DNA of 64,000 nucleotides from an uncultured delta proteobacterium (GTDB taxonomy: Bacteria > Myxococcota_A > Polyangia > Polyangiales > Polyangiaceae). Made by a program: the position numbers and the translations under genes. Below the pieces are notes generated by a model. It had not been told where the DNA came from. It worked only from the letters and a program-made list of their open reading frames with translations, and made no database searches. Shown one piece after another: positions 56,349 through 64,000 of this stretch. The DNA lies in the NCBI GenBank assembly GCA_963782055.1, contig CAWAIF010000003.1, positions 5,664,001 through 5,728,000 on the forward strand, given 5' to 3'. Position 1 is the stretch's first letter; the number at the start of each line of letters is the position of its first letter.

Positions 56349-57062
56349 CGGAGCGCCGTTCTTCTTCGCCAGCGCGATCACCGCGGGGTCGGGGCCGCCG
56401 TACCCCTCCACGTAGTCGGTGATCACCATCGTGCGGGGGTCGACCAGCACGTTCACCGGCAGGCCGATGGTGCCGGCGTGCGCGAAGGTGAACGTCGGGT
56501 CGGCGCCGACGATGAGGTCGTCCTTCAGATTGAAGTAGTCGCGCCAGTCGGTCGCTGTGGAGATGCTCGCCGGCTTCTGGCTCGCGTCCTGCACCATCAG
56601 GGTGAGAAACTGCACGCCCTCGTCCTTGTACTGCTGCGCGATGCTCGGGTACTCCTGCGCCTCCTGCTGGCAGGCGCCGCACCACGTGGCCGACTCGTCG
56701 AAGACGATGGCGTTGATGCCCTTGGTGCCGTCGCAGTCGTAGAGATCGTGGATGTCGACTGTGGTGACGTCGGTCGCGCCGATCAGGTAGCCCTGCCAGT
56801 GCAGGCCCGGCGGGAGGACGCGGCCCTTGACCAGGCCGTAAGGGCCTTGCGGATACTCGCACGCGGGCGGCGCGGGCTCGTCCTGCGTGGCGGCGTCGTC
56901 CGCCGTGGCGCCGCCGTCGTCGCCGCTCGCCGTGCCGGCGTCGTTGTCGCCGCCGTTGCCGTTGCCGTTGTTGTTCCCGCCGCCGCCGTCGGAGCAGCCC
57001 GCCACGAGCACGCCCGCCGACACCAGCGCCATCACCCCGACCCACGCCTTGAGGACACTCAT
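56346..57062 (-). CDS. TlpA/redoxin-like thioredoxin-fold lipoprotein
   Basis: LVAGC lipobox, YPQGPYG, ATWCGAC, GLP.NVLVDPRTM.I. Confidence 0.85.
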   Translation of the reverse strand: MSVLKAWVGVMALVSAGVLVAGCSDGGGGNNNGNGNGGDNDAGTASGDDGGATADDAATQDEPAPPACEYPQGPYGLVKGRVLPPGLHWQGYLIGATDVTTVDIHDLYDCDGTKGINAIVFDESATWCGACQQEAQEYPSIAQQYKDEGVQFLTLMVQDASQKPASISTATDWRDYFNLKDDLIVGADPTFTFAHAGTIGLPVNVLVDPRTMVITDYVEGYGGPDPAVIALAKKNGAP

Positions 57063-57297
57063 CGTTTGCACCCCGAAGCTCGACGTTGGCAGCGCACGGC
57101 CGCGCTGGCAAGCGCATTTCACGCTGACCTGGTGCGTCGACGCAGTCACCTCGCAACTTTGCCGTGACGCCGCATCTCCATGTCCGGAGCGTCCGGCCTG
57201 GCCAACAGCCCGGCCCGTGCGGGGCCTGCCGAGCACGACCTGGGAGCGGCGATCGTCAGCATGCTCACGGTCCATCGCTCCAGCGCGTCGTGCGACC

Positions 57298-57936
57298 TCA
57301 TGCCCGTCGCCGGCCGGGGACGAAGGGCTCGAGCATGGCCGCTGGCCACTCGAAGGGGTCGCCGGAGTCCCGCCGCTGCTCGGCCCGCCACCGCGCTTCC
57401 ACCCGCTCGCGCTGGTCACGCTGCCTCCAGCCGGAGAACGTGGTGTCGCCCTCCGCCGGGTGAAGCGTGGCGACGTCACCGAACGCCGTCCGAAGCCGGT
57501 CGTGAAGCTTCGTGAGCCACCGGCGCGCGCGCCCGCACGCCTTGGGGTGCGGCCAGTGATGCTCGTCCGCCGAGAGCGCGGAGTCCGTGGTGAGGTCGAT
57601 GAGCCCTGTGCGCACCAGGCTCCTGAACGCCCTCGACACGCGACGGCGTCCCTCCGTCGTGAGCCGGACGTCGACCTGTCGCATATCGTCGAGCGGGGGC
57701 AGGCGCTCGACGAGGCCGATGGCCTGAAGCGAGCTGACCATGCGGCTGACGGTGGAGCGCGCCACGCCGAGCCCCTTGCGCAGATCGCTCTGGTAGCAGA
57801 AGTGATGCGGCGTCCGGAGCAGCGCGCAGAGCAGGTCGAAGCGCGCCGGAGTGAGCCCGAAGCGCGCGAGCAGCCGCCGCGTCACGCGCAGCGTCGCGTA
57901 GTACGCCCGCTTGGTACCGAAGAGGAGAGGTGTCAT
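57298..57936 (-). CDS. MarR-like winged-helix protein (cassette copy B)
   Basis: GLTPARFDLL, QSDLRK.LGVARSTVSRM..SL..IGLVER, D.R.V.V.LT.EGRRRV; paralog of 32821-33396. Confidence 0.85.
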   Translation of the reverse strand: MTPLLFGTKRAYYATLRVTRRLLARFGLTPARFDLLCALLRTPHHFCYQSDLRKGLGVARSTVSRMVSSLQAIGLVERLPPLDDMRQVDVRLTTEGRRRVSRAFRSLVRTGLIDLTTDSALSADEHHWPHPKACGRARRWLTKLHDRLRTAFGDVATLHPAEGDTTFSGWRQRDQRERVEARWRAEQRRDSGDPFEWPAAMLEPFVPGRRRA

Positions 57937-58080
57937 GACACCCTCCCAGAGCACCGTCCGTGCCACCCCCCCCTTCCCCACACACGCCCGGGAAAGACGG
58001 CCCGTGCGTTGGCATGCGAACGATCGGAGGGTGTCCCCGGACAGCGGGGGGGTGTCCCCGGGACAGGGGGCGGCGGGGGG
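57937..58080 (-). promoter_or_regulatory. Conserved leader of MarR cassette B, with sigma54 box at 57950-57965
   Basis: Two TGTCC-N2/3-GGACA palindromes (58032-58065), G-run, TGGCACGGACGGTGCT on the minus strand. Confidence 0.7.
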
Positions 58081-59826
58081 TCAGCGACCCTCGCGGTAGG
58101 CGCGCACGGCGTTGGCGAGCGCGTCGGCCAGCGCCTCGCGGTAGGAGTCGCTCGCGAGGCGCTTCTCCTCCGTCGGGTTGGAGATGTAGCTCGTCTCGAA
58201 GAGCACCGCAGGCATCCGCGCCCCCACCAGCACGTAGAAGCCCGCGGGATGGACGCCGCCGTCCTTCTCGTCCGGCCAGCTCGCGTGGAGCGAGCCCATC
58301 GCAGCCTTCTGGAGCAGCTCCGCGAGCCGCGTCGAGTGGCTCGCCTGATCCGCCAGTCGCATGCTCGCGAGGATGGATCCGAGCTCGGCGTTGGCCCCCT
58401 CGCTGGTGGCGTTCTCGCGGGCGGCGACGCGCGCCGCGATGTCGTCCTTCGTCGTGTCGAGGACGTAGGTCTCGACGCCGTGACGCGCGTGGTTCTCCGC
58501 GGCGTTGCAGTGGATGGAGACGAACAGGTCGGCCGCGAGCTGGTTCGCGCGCGCCGTGCGCGCCTCCAGCGTCACGTAGCGGTCGTCGTCGCGCGTGAGC
58601 ACGACCTCCAGCCCCGCCTCGCCGAGGACGCGCGCCGCCTTCTTTGCGATGTCCAGGGTGACGTCCTTCTCCTTCAGCCCGTCGGGGCCGCTGGCGCCGG
58701 AGTCGTTGCCGCCGTGACCGGGGTCGAGCACCACCCGCTGCACGCGACGGCTGCCCACGTCGCCGGCGCCGGGCGGACGGCGCGCCACGTCGACCACCAC
58801 GCGGTACGGCTCGAGCAGATGGAAGACCCGCCGGTAGGCCTGTCCCCCGTCCAGGTCCAGCGTGACGCGCGTGCCCGTGGTGGTCGGGTCGACGCGCACG
58901 CCGGTGACGATGCCGCTCCCCGGCGTGCTGCGCGCCGCGCCTCCAAGGTCCACGCCGTCCAGCTCGACGAAGGTGCGCCGCGCGCCGCCGCCCTGCGCCA
59001 CCTCGTCACCGGCGCGGAACGTCGCCGGCTTGCTCAGCACGATGACGACGCGCGCCGAGTCGCGCCCCGGCCAGTGCTCCACGCGGACCACGTGCGCGGG
59101 CCCGGGCACCGGCACCGCCCCCGCGTCGTACCCGGAGGTGGCCGCGGCCCCGAGCGCGCCCTCCGCCGCGAGCGCCGCGTCGATCGCCGAGAGCACGCGC
59201 GCGGGAGGCCGGAACGGCGCGACGGCGGCGAGCAGCTTCTCCGCCGCCGGGCAGCCGGCACCGGCCGGGGGGGCAGCGCCGTCCGCCGCGGCGGCCCCCG
59301 CGCCACCGGGAGCCCTCGCGAACCGCCGCGTCACGCGATAGAGCTCCTCGTAGGTGGTCTGCGCGTCCCGCGCCGCGTCCCCGGCGAGCACCGCGGCCCG
59401 CACCGCCGCGTCGCACGCACCCGGCAGCTTCGGATCGTGCGCGGCCGCGCCGTATGCGAGCGCCGCCTCCTTCGCGTCCTGCTCCTGCCCCTCCGTCCGG
59501 TAGACGCGCTCGAAGATCCGCCCGGCCAGGGCATGGAGCTCCAGCGCCCGCGCCCCCGCGCCCTCCTTGTCCGCCTGCGCTTGCACGCTCTCGGCCAGCG
59601 CCAGCGCCTCCGGCCGCGGGGGGAGCGACGGGGCCGCCAGGAGCGCCTTTCCGCGCTCCAGCATCGCGGCTGTCGGGTCCGGCACGCCGGCGTCGGCCTT
59701 GTCGTGCGTCCCGCAGGCGCAGGCGAGCACCAGGGTCGCCGCGAGGGCGCGCAGGCCCGCAAAGGCCGGGGGTCTCCGCCGCCCTTTCGAGCGCGCCGAC
59801 CTCGATGTATCCTCGGTTCGGTTCAA
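58081..59826 (-). CDS. N-acetylmuramoyl-L-alanine amidase (Amidase_3, AmiC-like) lipoprotein with TPR-like and AMIN domains (start uncertain)
   Basis: VVLDPGHGG.DSGA, EKDVTLDIA, LTRDDD.YV.L..R, ADLFVSIHCNA, FYVL.GA.MPAVL.E..ISN. Confidence 0.92.
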   Translation of the reverse strand: MNRTEDTSRSARSKGRRRPPAFAGLRALAATLVLACACGTHDKADAGVPDPTAAMLERGKALLAAPSLPPRPEALALAESVQAQADKEGAGARALELHALAGRIFERVYRTEGQEQDAKEAALAYGAAAHDPKLPGACDAAVRAAVLAGDAARDAQTTYEELYRVTRRFARAPGGAGAAAADGAAPPAGAGCPAAEKLLAAVAPFRPPARVLSAIDAALAAEGALGAAATSGYDAGAVPVPGPAHVVRVEHWPGRDSARVVIVLSKPATFRAGDEVAQGGGARRTFVELDGVDLGGAARSTPGSGIVTGVRVDPTTTGTRVTLDLDGGQAYRRVFHLLEPYRVVVDVARRPPGAGDVGSRRVQRVVLDPGHGGNDSGASGPDGLKEKDVTLDIAKKAARVLGEAGLEVVLTRDDDRYVTLEARTARANQLAADLFVSIHCNAAENHARHGVETYVLDTTKDDIAARVAARENATSEGANAELGSILASMRLADQASHSTRLAELLQKAAMGSLHASWPDEKDGGVHPAGFYVLVGARMPAVLFETSYISNPTEEKRLASDSYREALADALANAVRAYREGR

Positions 59827-59863
59827 AGCGACGCTTTCGCTTTCGGATGAAGAGGAGCGCCCC

Positions 59864-60331
59864 GTGTCCAATGATGCCGCCAACCCTGCCGTCTACGCCG
59901 ATCGCTCGACGGGTCAAGTCTTCCCGGACGCGCAGGCCATGGTCAACGCGTACCTCGCGCGCTTCGCCGAGCGCGCCGGCACCACGCTCGAGCCACTCGA
60001 CGCCTCCGGCTACACGCAGGTGCGCAAGGGCTCGGCCAGCGTGGGCATCAACGTGCTCGACGACCATGGCGTTCTCCTGCTCCTCGCCCCTGTGATGAAG
60101 GTCCCGCACACCGGCCGGGAGACCTTCTACCGCCGCCTGCTCGAGCTGTCCTTCATCGCCACCAGCGACGCGGCCTTCAGCATCGACGGCCAGAAGGACG
60201 AGGTGTACGTCCGCGCGCTGCGCCGCCTCTCCGGCCTGGATTACGAGGAGTTCGAGGATCTGGTGGACACCGTCGGCAAGGTGACCGACGAGTGGGACGA
60301 CACGCTCCGCAAGGAGTTCGAGCAGTCCTGA
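59864..60331 (+). CDS. CesT/YbjN-like (type III secretion chaperone fold) protein
   Basis: LDASG...GSA.V.I...LLL.APVM.VP...E.FYRRLLEL...AF.I; acidic C-terminal helix; GAGGAG RBS. Confidence 0.7.
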   Translation: MSNDAANPAVYADRSTGQVFPDAQAMVNAYLARFAERAGTTLEPLDASGYTQVRKGSASVGINVLDDHGVLLLLAPVMKVPHTGRETFYRRLLELSFIATSDAAFSIDGQKDEVYVRALRRLSGLDYEEFEDLVDTVGKVTDEWDDTLRKEFEQS

Positions 60332-60476
60332 CGCAAAGATCGGAGCCCGCTGCAAAGCGCGGCGGAGGGCGCGTCGCGGGTCGCGAGCCGGCTCGTCGGT
60401 GCTACACTTTCCTTCGTGCTCCCGCGGGCTTCGGCGCGCGAGAACTTTCTTGCATCCTGCACGTAGAGGTCAGGCG

Positions 60477-61319
60477 ATGGCGAACCCTTCCGGCAGCGTT
60501 TCGAAGGCCCCCCTCCAGCTCGGCAAGCTCACGCCCGAAGACGCGGAGCGCCTCGCGTCGATGTTCCGCCCCGCGTGGGAGCTGGACGACGCGCCGTTCG
60601 CGCAGGGCACGACCCTCAGCGCCGCCGAGATGGATGCGCTGACCGCGGGGGCCGGCGTCGCGCCGGAGGTCGCCGCCGTGATCAACGCCGACAAGGCGCA
60701 CGCCGCCCCGCGCGTGCCGCCCGCCGCGCACCGGCCCACGACACCGGACGACTCCGTCGTGATCGACGTCGAGCCCGACCCCACGCCCCCGCCCGCGCCC
60801 GCGCCCATGCGCCCGCAGCACGCGACCGTGAGGCTCAAGCGCGACGCAGCGGCCAAGGTCACGGCCGAGTCCGGCGCCTACGCGCCCATCAAGAAGTCCA
60901 ACACCGGCCTCTTCATCGGCATCGGCGCCGTCGTGGCGCTGGTGGGGATCATCGGCATCGTGAAGGCGATGAGCGGCAGCAGCGACACCGCCAAGTCGGA
61001 CGGGGCGACCGCCACCACGGCCACCGACACGACGCAGCAAGGACCGCACATTCCCCCGCCGCCGCCCATCGACACCGCCGCCGCCGTGGCCACCAGCGAC
61101 ACCGCCGCGACGACGGACACCGCCGCCCCCGCCGACACGGCTCCCGCTCCCACCGAGACGGCCCACGCGACGCCCCCGCCCCCGGTCGTCACCCACACCG
61201 CGCCCGCGCCGACCCACAAGACGCCGGCCACCCACACGACCCACACCGTGACGACGCACCACACGAAACCTCCCACGCACAAGGGAAGTGGCGCTATCGT
61301 GCGCGACAACCCGTTCTGA
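60477..61319 (+). CDS. Single-TM protein with Pro/Thr-rich tail ending IVRDNPF
   Basis: Short N-terminal motif (ERLASMFRPAWE), TM after KKSNTG, low-complexity tail. Confidence 0.7.
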   Translation: MANPSGSVSKAPLQLGKLTPEDAERLASMFRPAWELDDAPFAQGTTLSAAEMDALTAGAGVAPEVAAVINADKAHAAPRVPPAAHRPTTPDDSVVIDVEPDPTPPPAPAPMRPQHATVRLKRDAAAKVTAESGAYAPIKKSNTGLFIGIGAVVALVGIIGIVKAMSGSSDTAKSDGATATTATDTTQQGPHIPPPPPIDTAAAVATSDTAATTDTAAPADTAPAPTETAHATPPPPVVTHTAPAPTHKTPATHTTHTVTTHHTKPPTHKGSGAIVRDNPF

Positions 61320-61395
61320 GCGCTCGCTCGGTCGGGATTTGCCGTTCGAACTTCCGCCGCTCCTCAGAGCGCGCGGCTTCTCTTCGAGGATCGCG

Positions 61396-62568
61396 ATGAA
61401 GCTGAAGGGTCGCACGCTCGTCGCCGCGCTGGTGGTCTCACTCGCGCCGGCGGCGGTGGTCGTCACGCCATCTCCCGCCTTCGCCCAGGACGAGGCCACG
61501 CTCAAGGCGGCGCGCGCCCGTTTCCAGGAGGGCGTGGACTACTACGACAAGGGCCAGTACGAGGCCGCGCGCGCCGCGTTCAAGCAGGCGTACGCCCTCA
61601 AGCAGCACCCCGCGGTGCTCCTCAACCTGGCGCAGAGCAGCCTCAAGTCCGGCCACCCGGTCGAAGCGGCGAAGTTCTTCGACAAGTACGTGAAGGACAC
61701 CGACCCTGCGGCCAACAAGAAGGGCGAGGCCCAGAAGGGCCTCACCGACTCCCTCGCCAGGATCGGCCGGCTGAACATCATGGCCGCGCCCGGGAGCAAG
61801 GTCACCGTCGACGGTCAGCCCGTCGGGACCACGCCGCTCTCCGCGCCGGTGGACGTCGAGCCCGGGCAGCACATCGTCCACGCCACCGCGCCCGATGGCT
61901 CGCAGCTCGAGCAGAAGTTCACCGTCGCCGGAGGCCAGACCCTCCCCGCGCAGCTCGGCGCCGTTGTCGGGTCGACCGGGACGCCGCCGCCGGACACCGG
62001 CACCGGCGCTCCGCCGCCGGAGACAGGCACGCCCCCGCCTGGTACCGGCACGCCCCCGCCAGGCACCGGCACGCCCCCGCCCGAGACGGGCAACCCGCCG
62101 CCTGTGGAGGGCCCCGAGCCAGCCACCGTGCCGCGGCACGACCCCATCCCGATGATCATCGGCGGCGGCGTGGCGGTGGTGGGCTTCGTCATGGCGGGCA
62201 TCTTCGCCGGCCTGAAGGGCAGCGCGCAGAGCAAGGCCGACAGCGTCGACCAGACGATCCGCGAGGCCGCGGGCAAGGCGGGCATCCCCGCTCAGGGCGT
62301 CTGCAACAACCCGCCCAACAGCAGCTTTGCCGGCGCCTGCGACACCCTCAAGAGCAACCAGGATGCGGTCAACCAGGACGCCACGGTGGCGAACGTGGGC
62401 GTGGTGATCGGCATCGTCGGCCTGGCCGGCGCCGTCGGCGGCGCGCTCTACTACTTCCTGGCGCGCAAGCCGGCGCCGGGGGCGCAGCCCGCCCTGCTCC
62501 ACGTCCCGGTCGTCACCGGGTGGGTCGGTGCAGGCAGCGGGGGCCTGGGCCTCTCCGGCTCCTTCTGA
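61396..62568 (+). CDS. TPR plus PEGA domain protein
   Basis: ARARFQEGV.YYD.G.YEAA..F..AY.L...P.VL.NLA TPR; V.VDG..VG.TPL...V.PG.H PEGA; C-terminal LSGSF. Confidence 0.85.
   Translation: MKLKGRTLVAALVVSLAPAAVVVTPSPAFAQDEATLKAARARFQEGVDYYDKGQYEAARAAFKQAYALKQHPAVLLNLAQSSLKSGHPVEAAKFFDKYVKDTDPAANKKGEAQKGLTDSLARIGRLNIMAAPGSKVTVDGQPVGTTPLSAPVDVEPGQHIVHATAPDGSQLEQKFTVAGGQTLPAQLGAVVGSTGTPPPDTGTGAPPPETGTPPPGTGTPPPGTGTPPPETGNPPPVEGPEPATVPRHDPIPMIIGGGVAVVGFVMAGIFAGLKGSAQSKADSVDQTIREAAGKAGIPAQGVCNNPPNSSFAGACDTLKSNQDAVNQDATVANVGVVIGIVGLAGAVGGALYYFLARKPAPGAQPALLHVPVVTGWVGAGSGGLGLSGSF
61975..62103 (+). repeat. Coding 21-bp tandem repeat encoding TGTPPP(G/E/D)
   Basis: ACCGGCACGCCCCCGCC units within the PEGA protein linker. 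Confidence 0.75.
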
Positions 62569-62599
62569 GCCGCCACGCCCATCGTTAGCCGGCTGACGT

Positions 62600-63946
62600 T
62601 CACGGGAAGGCGAGAATTTTCGCCGAGCCGGGGACCATGCCGTCCGTCCCTTCCGGTCGGGTGAGCGCCACGACGTAGCACTTCGCCCCCTCGCACCCGG
62701 CGAACGCCAGCCCGTCGGCCGCCTGGTCGACGTGCCCCGTCGCGCCACCCCCCACCACCGGGCGATACGACAGACCCTCGAAGGGAATGGGCCCGCCCGC
62801 ACCCGCCACCCGCGCCGCGTGCGTCCCCCACGCGACCATCAGCTTTCCGCCCGGAGCGCCCACCCAGAAGGGCCCCAGATCGTGCCCGCACCCACCGTGC
62901 GCCACCTGAACGAGCTGCTCCTTCGGAGCGGCGACCGCCGCGCGGTCGGCCACGATCGCCTCCAGATCGATCGCCTGCGCGCCGTCGCAGCGCGCGCTGG
63001 CGTCGCGCGTGAGGACGATGCCCGCGTGCGCCGCGTCACCGTCCACGGCGACCACGTCCTCGTCGCGCGCCAGGACGTGCCCGAGCCGCCTCGCCGCGGA
63101 GAGCGCGCCGCCGTGCTCGAGCTCGCGCACCGTCATGCGCCCCCCGGCGGTGAGCATGACGGTGACCAGATCGTCGCCCACGGTGAAGTCGTCGTGCTCG
63201 CTCGGGTCCTCGTCGCCCAGGTCCTCCGGGCCGAGCAGCGCCACGCGCTTGCCGCCACCGAGCGCGCGCGCGTGCAGGTCGTCATCGCCGGCGTCGAGGA
63301 GGTACACCTTGGACTCGCCGCAGGCCAGCCGCGCCTCACGCTCCTCGGGCACGGTGGCGGCGGTCCTCGCCGCGCCGCCCGCGAAGGGTCGCGTGATCGC
63401 CTTCGCCGGACCGCCTCCCTCCTGTACCCAGGCGATCTCGCCGCTGCGCGTGGCGCACACGAAGGCGCCGACGTCCTCCGGGGCGCCGGCGGGCCGCCCG
63501 TCCGCGCCCACCACCTGCATGCGCCGCACCGGCTTTCCCTTCTGCGGACCCCGCCACACCACCGCCACGCCGCCCGACGAGGCCACGGCCTCCACCTCCG
63601 CGTCGGCGCTCCAGTCGACGTCGGGCACGGCGTCGATGGTCCACTGCAGCGTGCCATCGGTCAGGTAGCGGCTGACGTTCACGGCGTGGCGCGCGGCGAC
63701 GAGGCCCGCGACGTAGACCGCGCCCCCGGCGAGGTCCGCGGCGATGGGCAGCGACAGCGGCGCCGGGCCCCCCCCCGAGGGCGCGGCGCCGGAGGCCGCG
63801 GGCGCCGCGGAGACGGACGCGGCCGAAGCACCTCCCGCCTCCGCCTGCTCCTCTGCACGGGGAGGCTCGCTCCCCTTGCAGGACCCGCACGCCGGCGAAC
63901 CGGCAGCCACGAACGCCAAGCACGCCAGCAGGAAGGTGCGTCGCAC
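62600..63946 (-). CDS. Hypothetical lipoprotein (beta-rich)
   Basis: Signal peptide with PAC/GSC, Ala/Ser linker, beta-propeller-like composition. Confidence 0.6.
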   Translation of the reverse strand: MRRTFLLACLAFVAAGSPACGSCKGSEPPRAEEQAEAGGASAASVSAAPAASGAAPSGGGPAPLSLPIAADLAGGAVYVAGLVAARHAVNVSRYLTDGTLQWTIDAVPDVDWSADAEVEAVASSGGVAVVWRGPQKGKPVRRMQVVGADGRPAGAPEDVGAFVCATRSGEIAWVQEGGGPAKAITRPFAGGAARTAATVPEEREARLACGESKVYLLDAGDDDLHARALGGGKRVALLGPEDLGDEDPSEHDDFTVGDDLVTVMLTAGGRMTVRELEHGGALSAARRLGHVLARDEDVVAVDGDAAHAGIVLTRDASARCDGAQAIDLEAIVADRAAVAAPKEQLVQVAHGGCGHDLGPFWVGAPGGKLMVAWGTHAARVAGAGGPIPFEGLSYRPVVGGGATGHVDQAADGLAFAGCEGAKCYVVALTRPEGTDGMVPGSAKILAFP

Positions 63947-64000
63947 GCCCCCATTGGAGGATCAATTCAGCGGACGAGCAACTTTCGGAAGGTGGTCCGC

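Noticed and set aside
61975..62103. Tandem repeats here and at 7332-7398 as CRISPR candidates
   Set aside because: In-frame coding repeats without unique spacers; no cas genes in the window

Overview
Very GC-rich bacterial DNA whose gene content points to a myxobacterium, probably Polyangiaceae/Sorangiineae-like (inference). Supporting content includes Cys-rich lipoproteins with D-A-G linkers, IgGFc-binding and PEGA/TPR proteins, a Hanks kinase and a FrgA-like protein. About 60 real CDSs can be supported; most other ORFs in the track are GC-driven shadow frames. Housekeeping blocks: dnaJ-fliI, cobA/hemD, hemB, ppa, ribE-ribB(A)-nusB and an AmiC-type amidase. Accessory blocks: two GMC oxidoreductase modules, a two-component system split around three lipoproteins, a kinase-TPR-LamG module, and an island with archaeal-type SAM synthetase, PIMT and hemerythrin under sigma54-type promoters. 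The most unusual signals are dispersed or non-coding. (1) Two diverged copies, 25 kb apart, of a solo MarR-like gene cassette that keep a shared ~130-145 bp leader (GTCC-N2/3-GGACA palindromes plus a sigma54 -24/-12 box) and start right after the stop codon of unrelated genes. (2) Two families of structured intergenic repeats, three copies each, that abut or supply stop codons. One shows a compensatory base-pair change; the other brackets a gene as inverted repeats. (3) Frequent leaderless-type promoter architecture. No rRNA, tRNA, CRISPR array, integrase or transposase was recognised. All calls are by eye from sequence motifs; no database searches were run.
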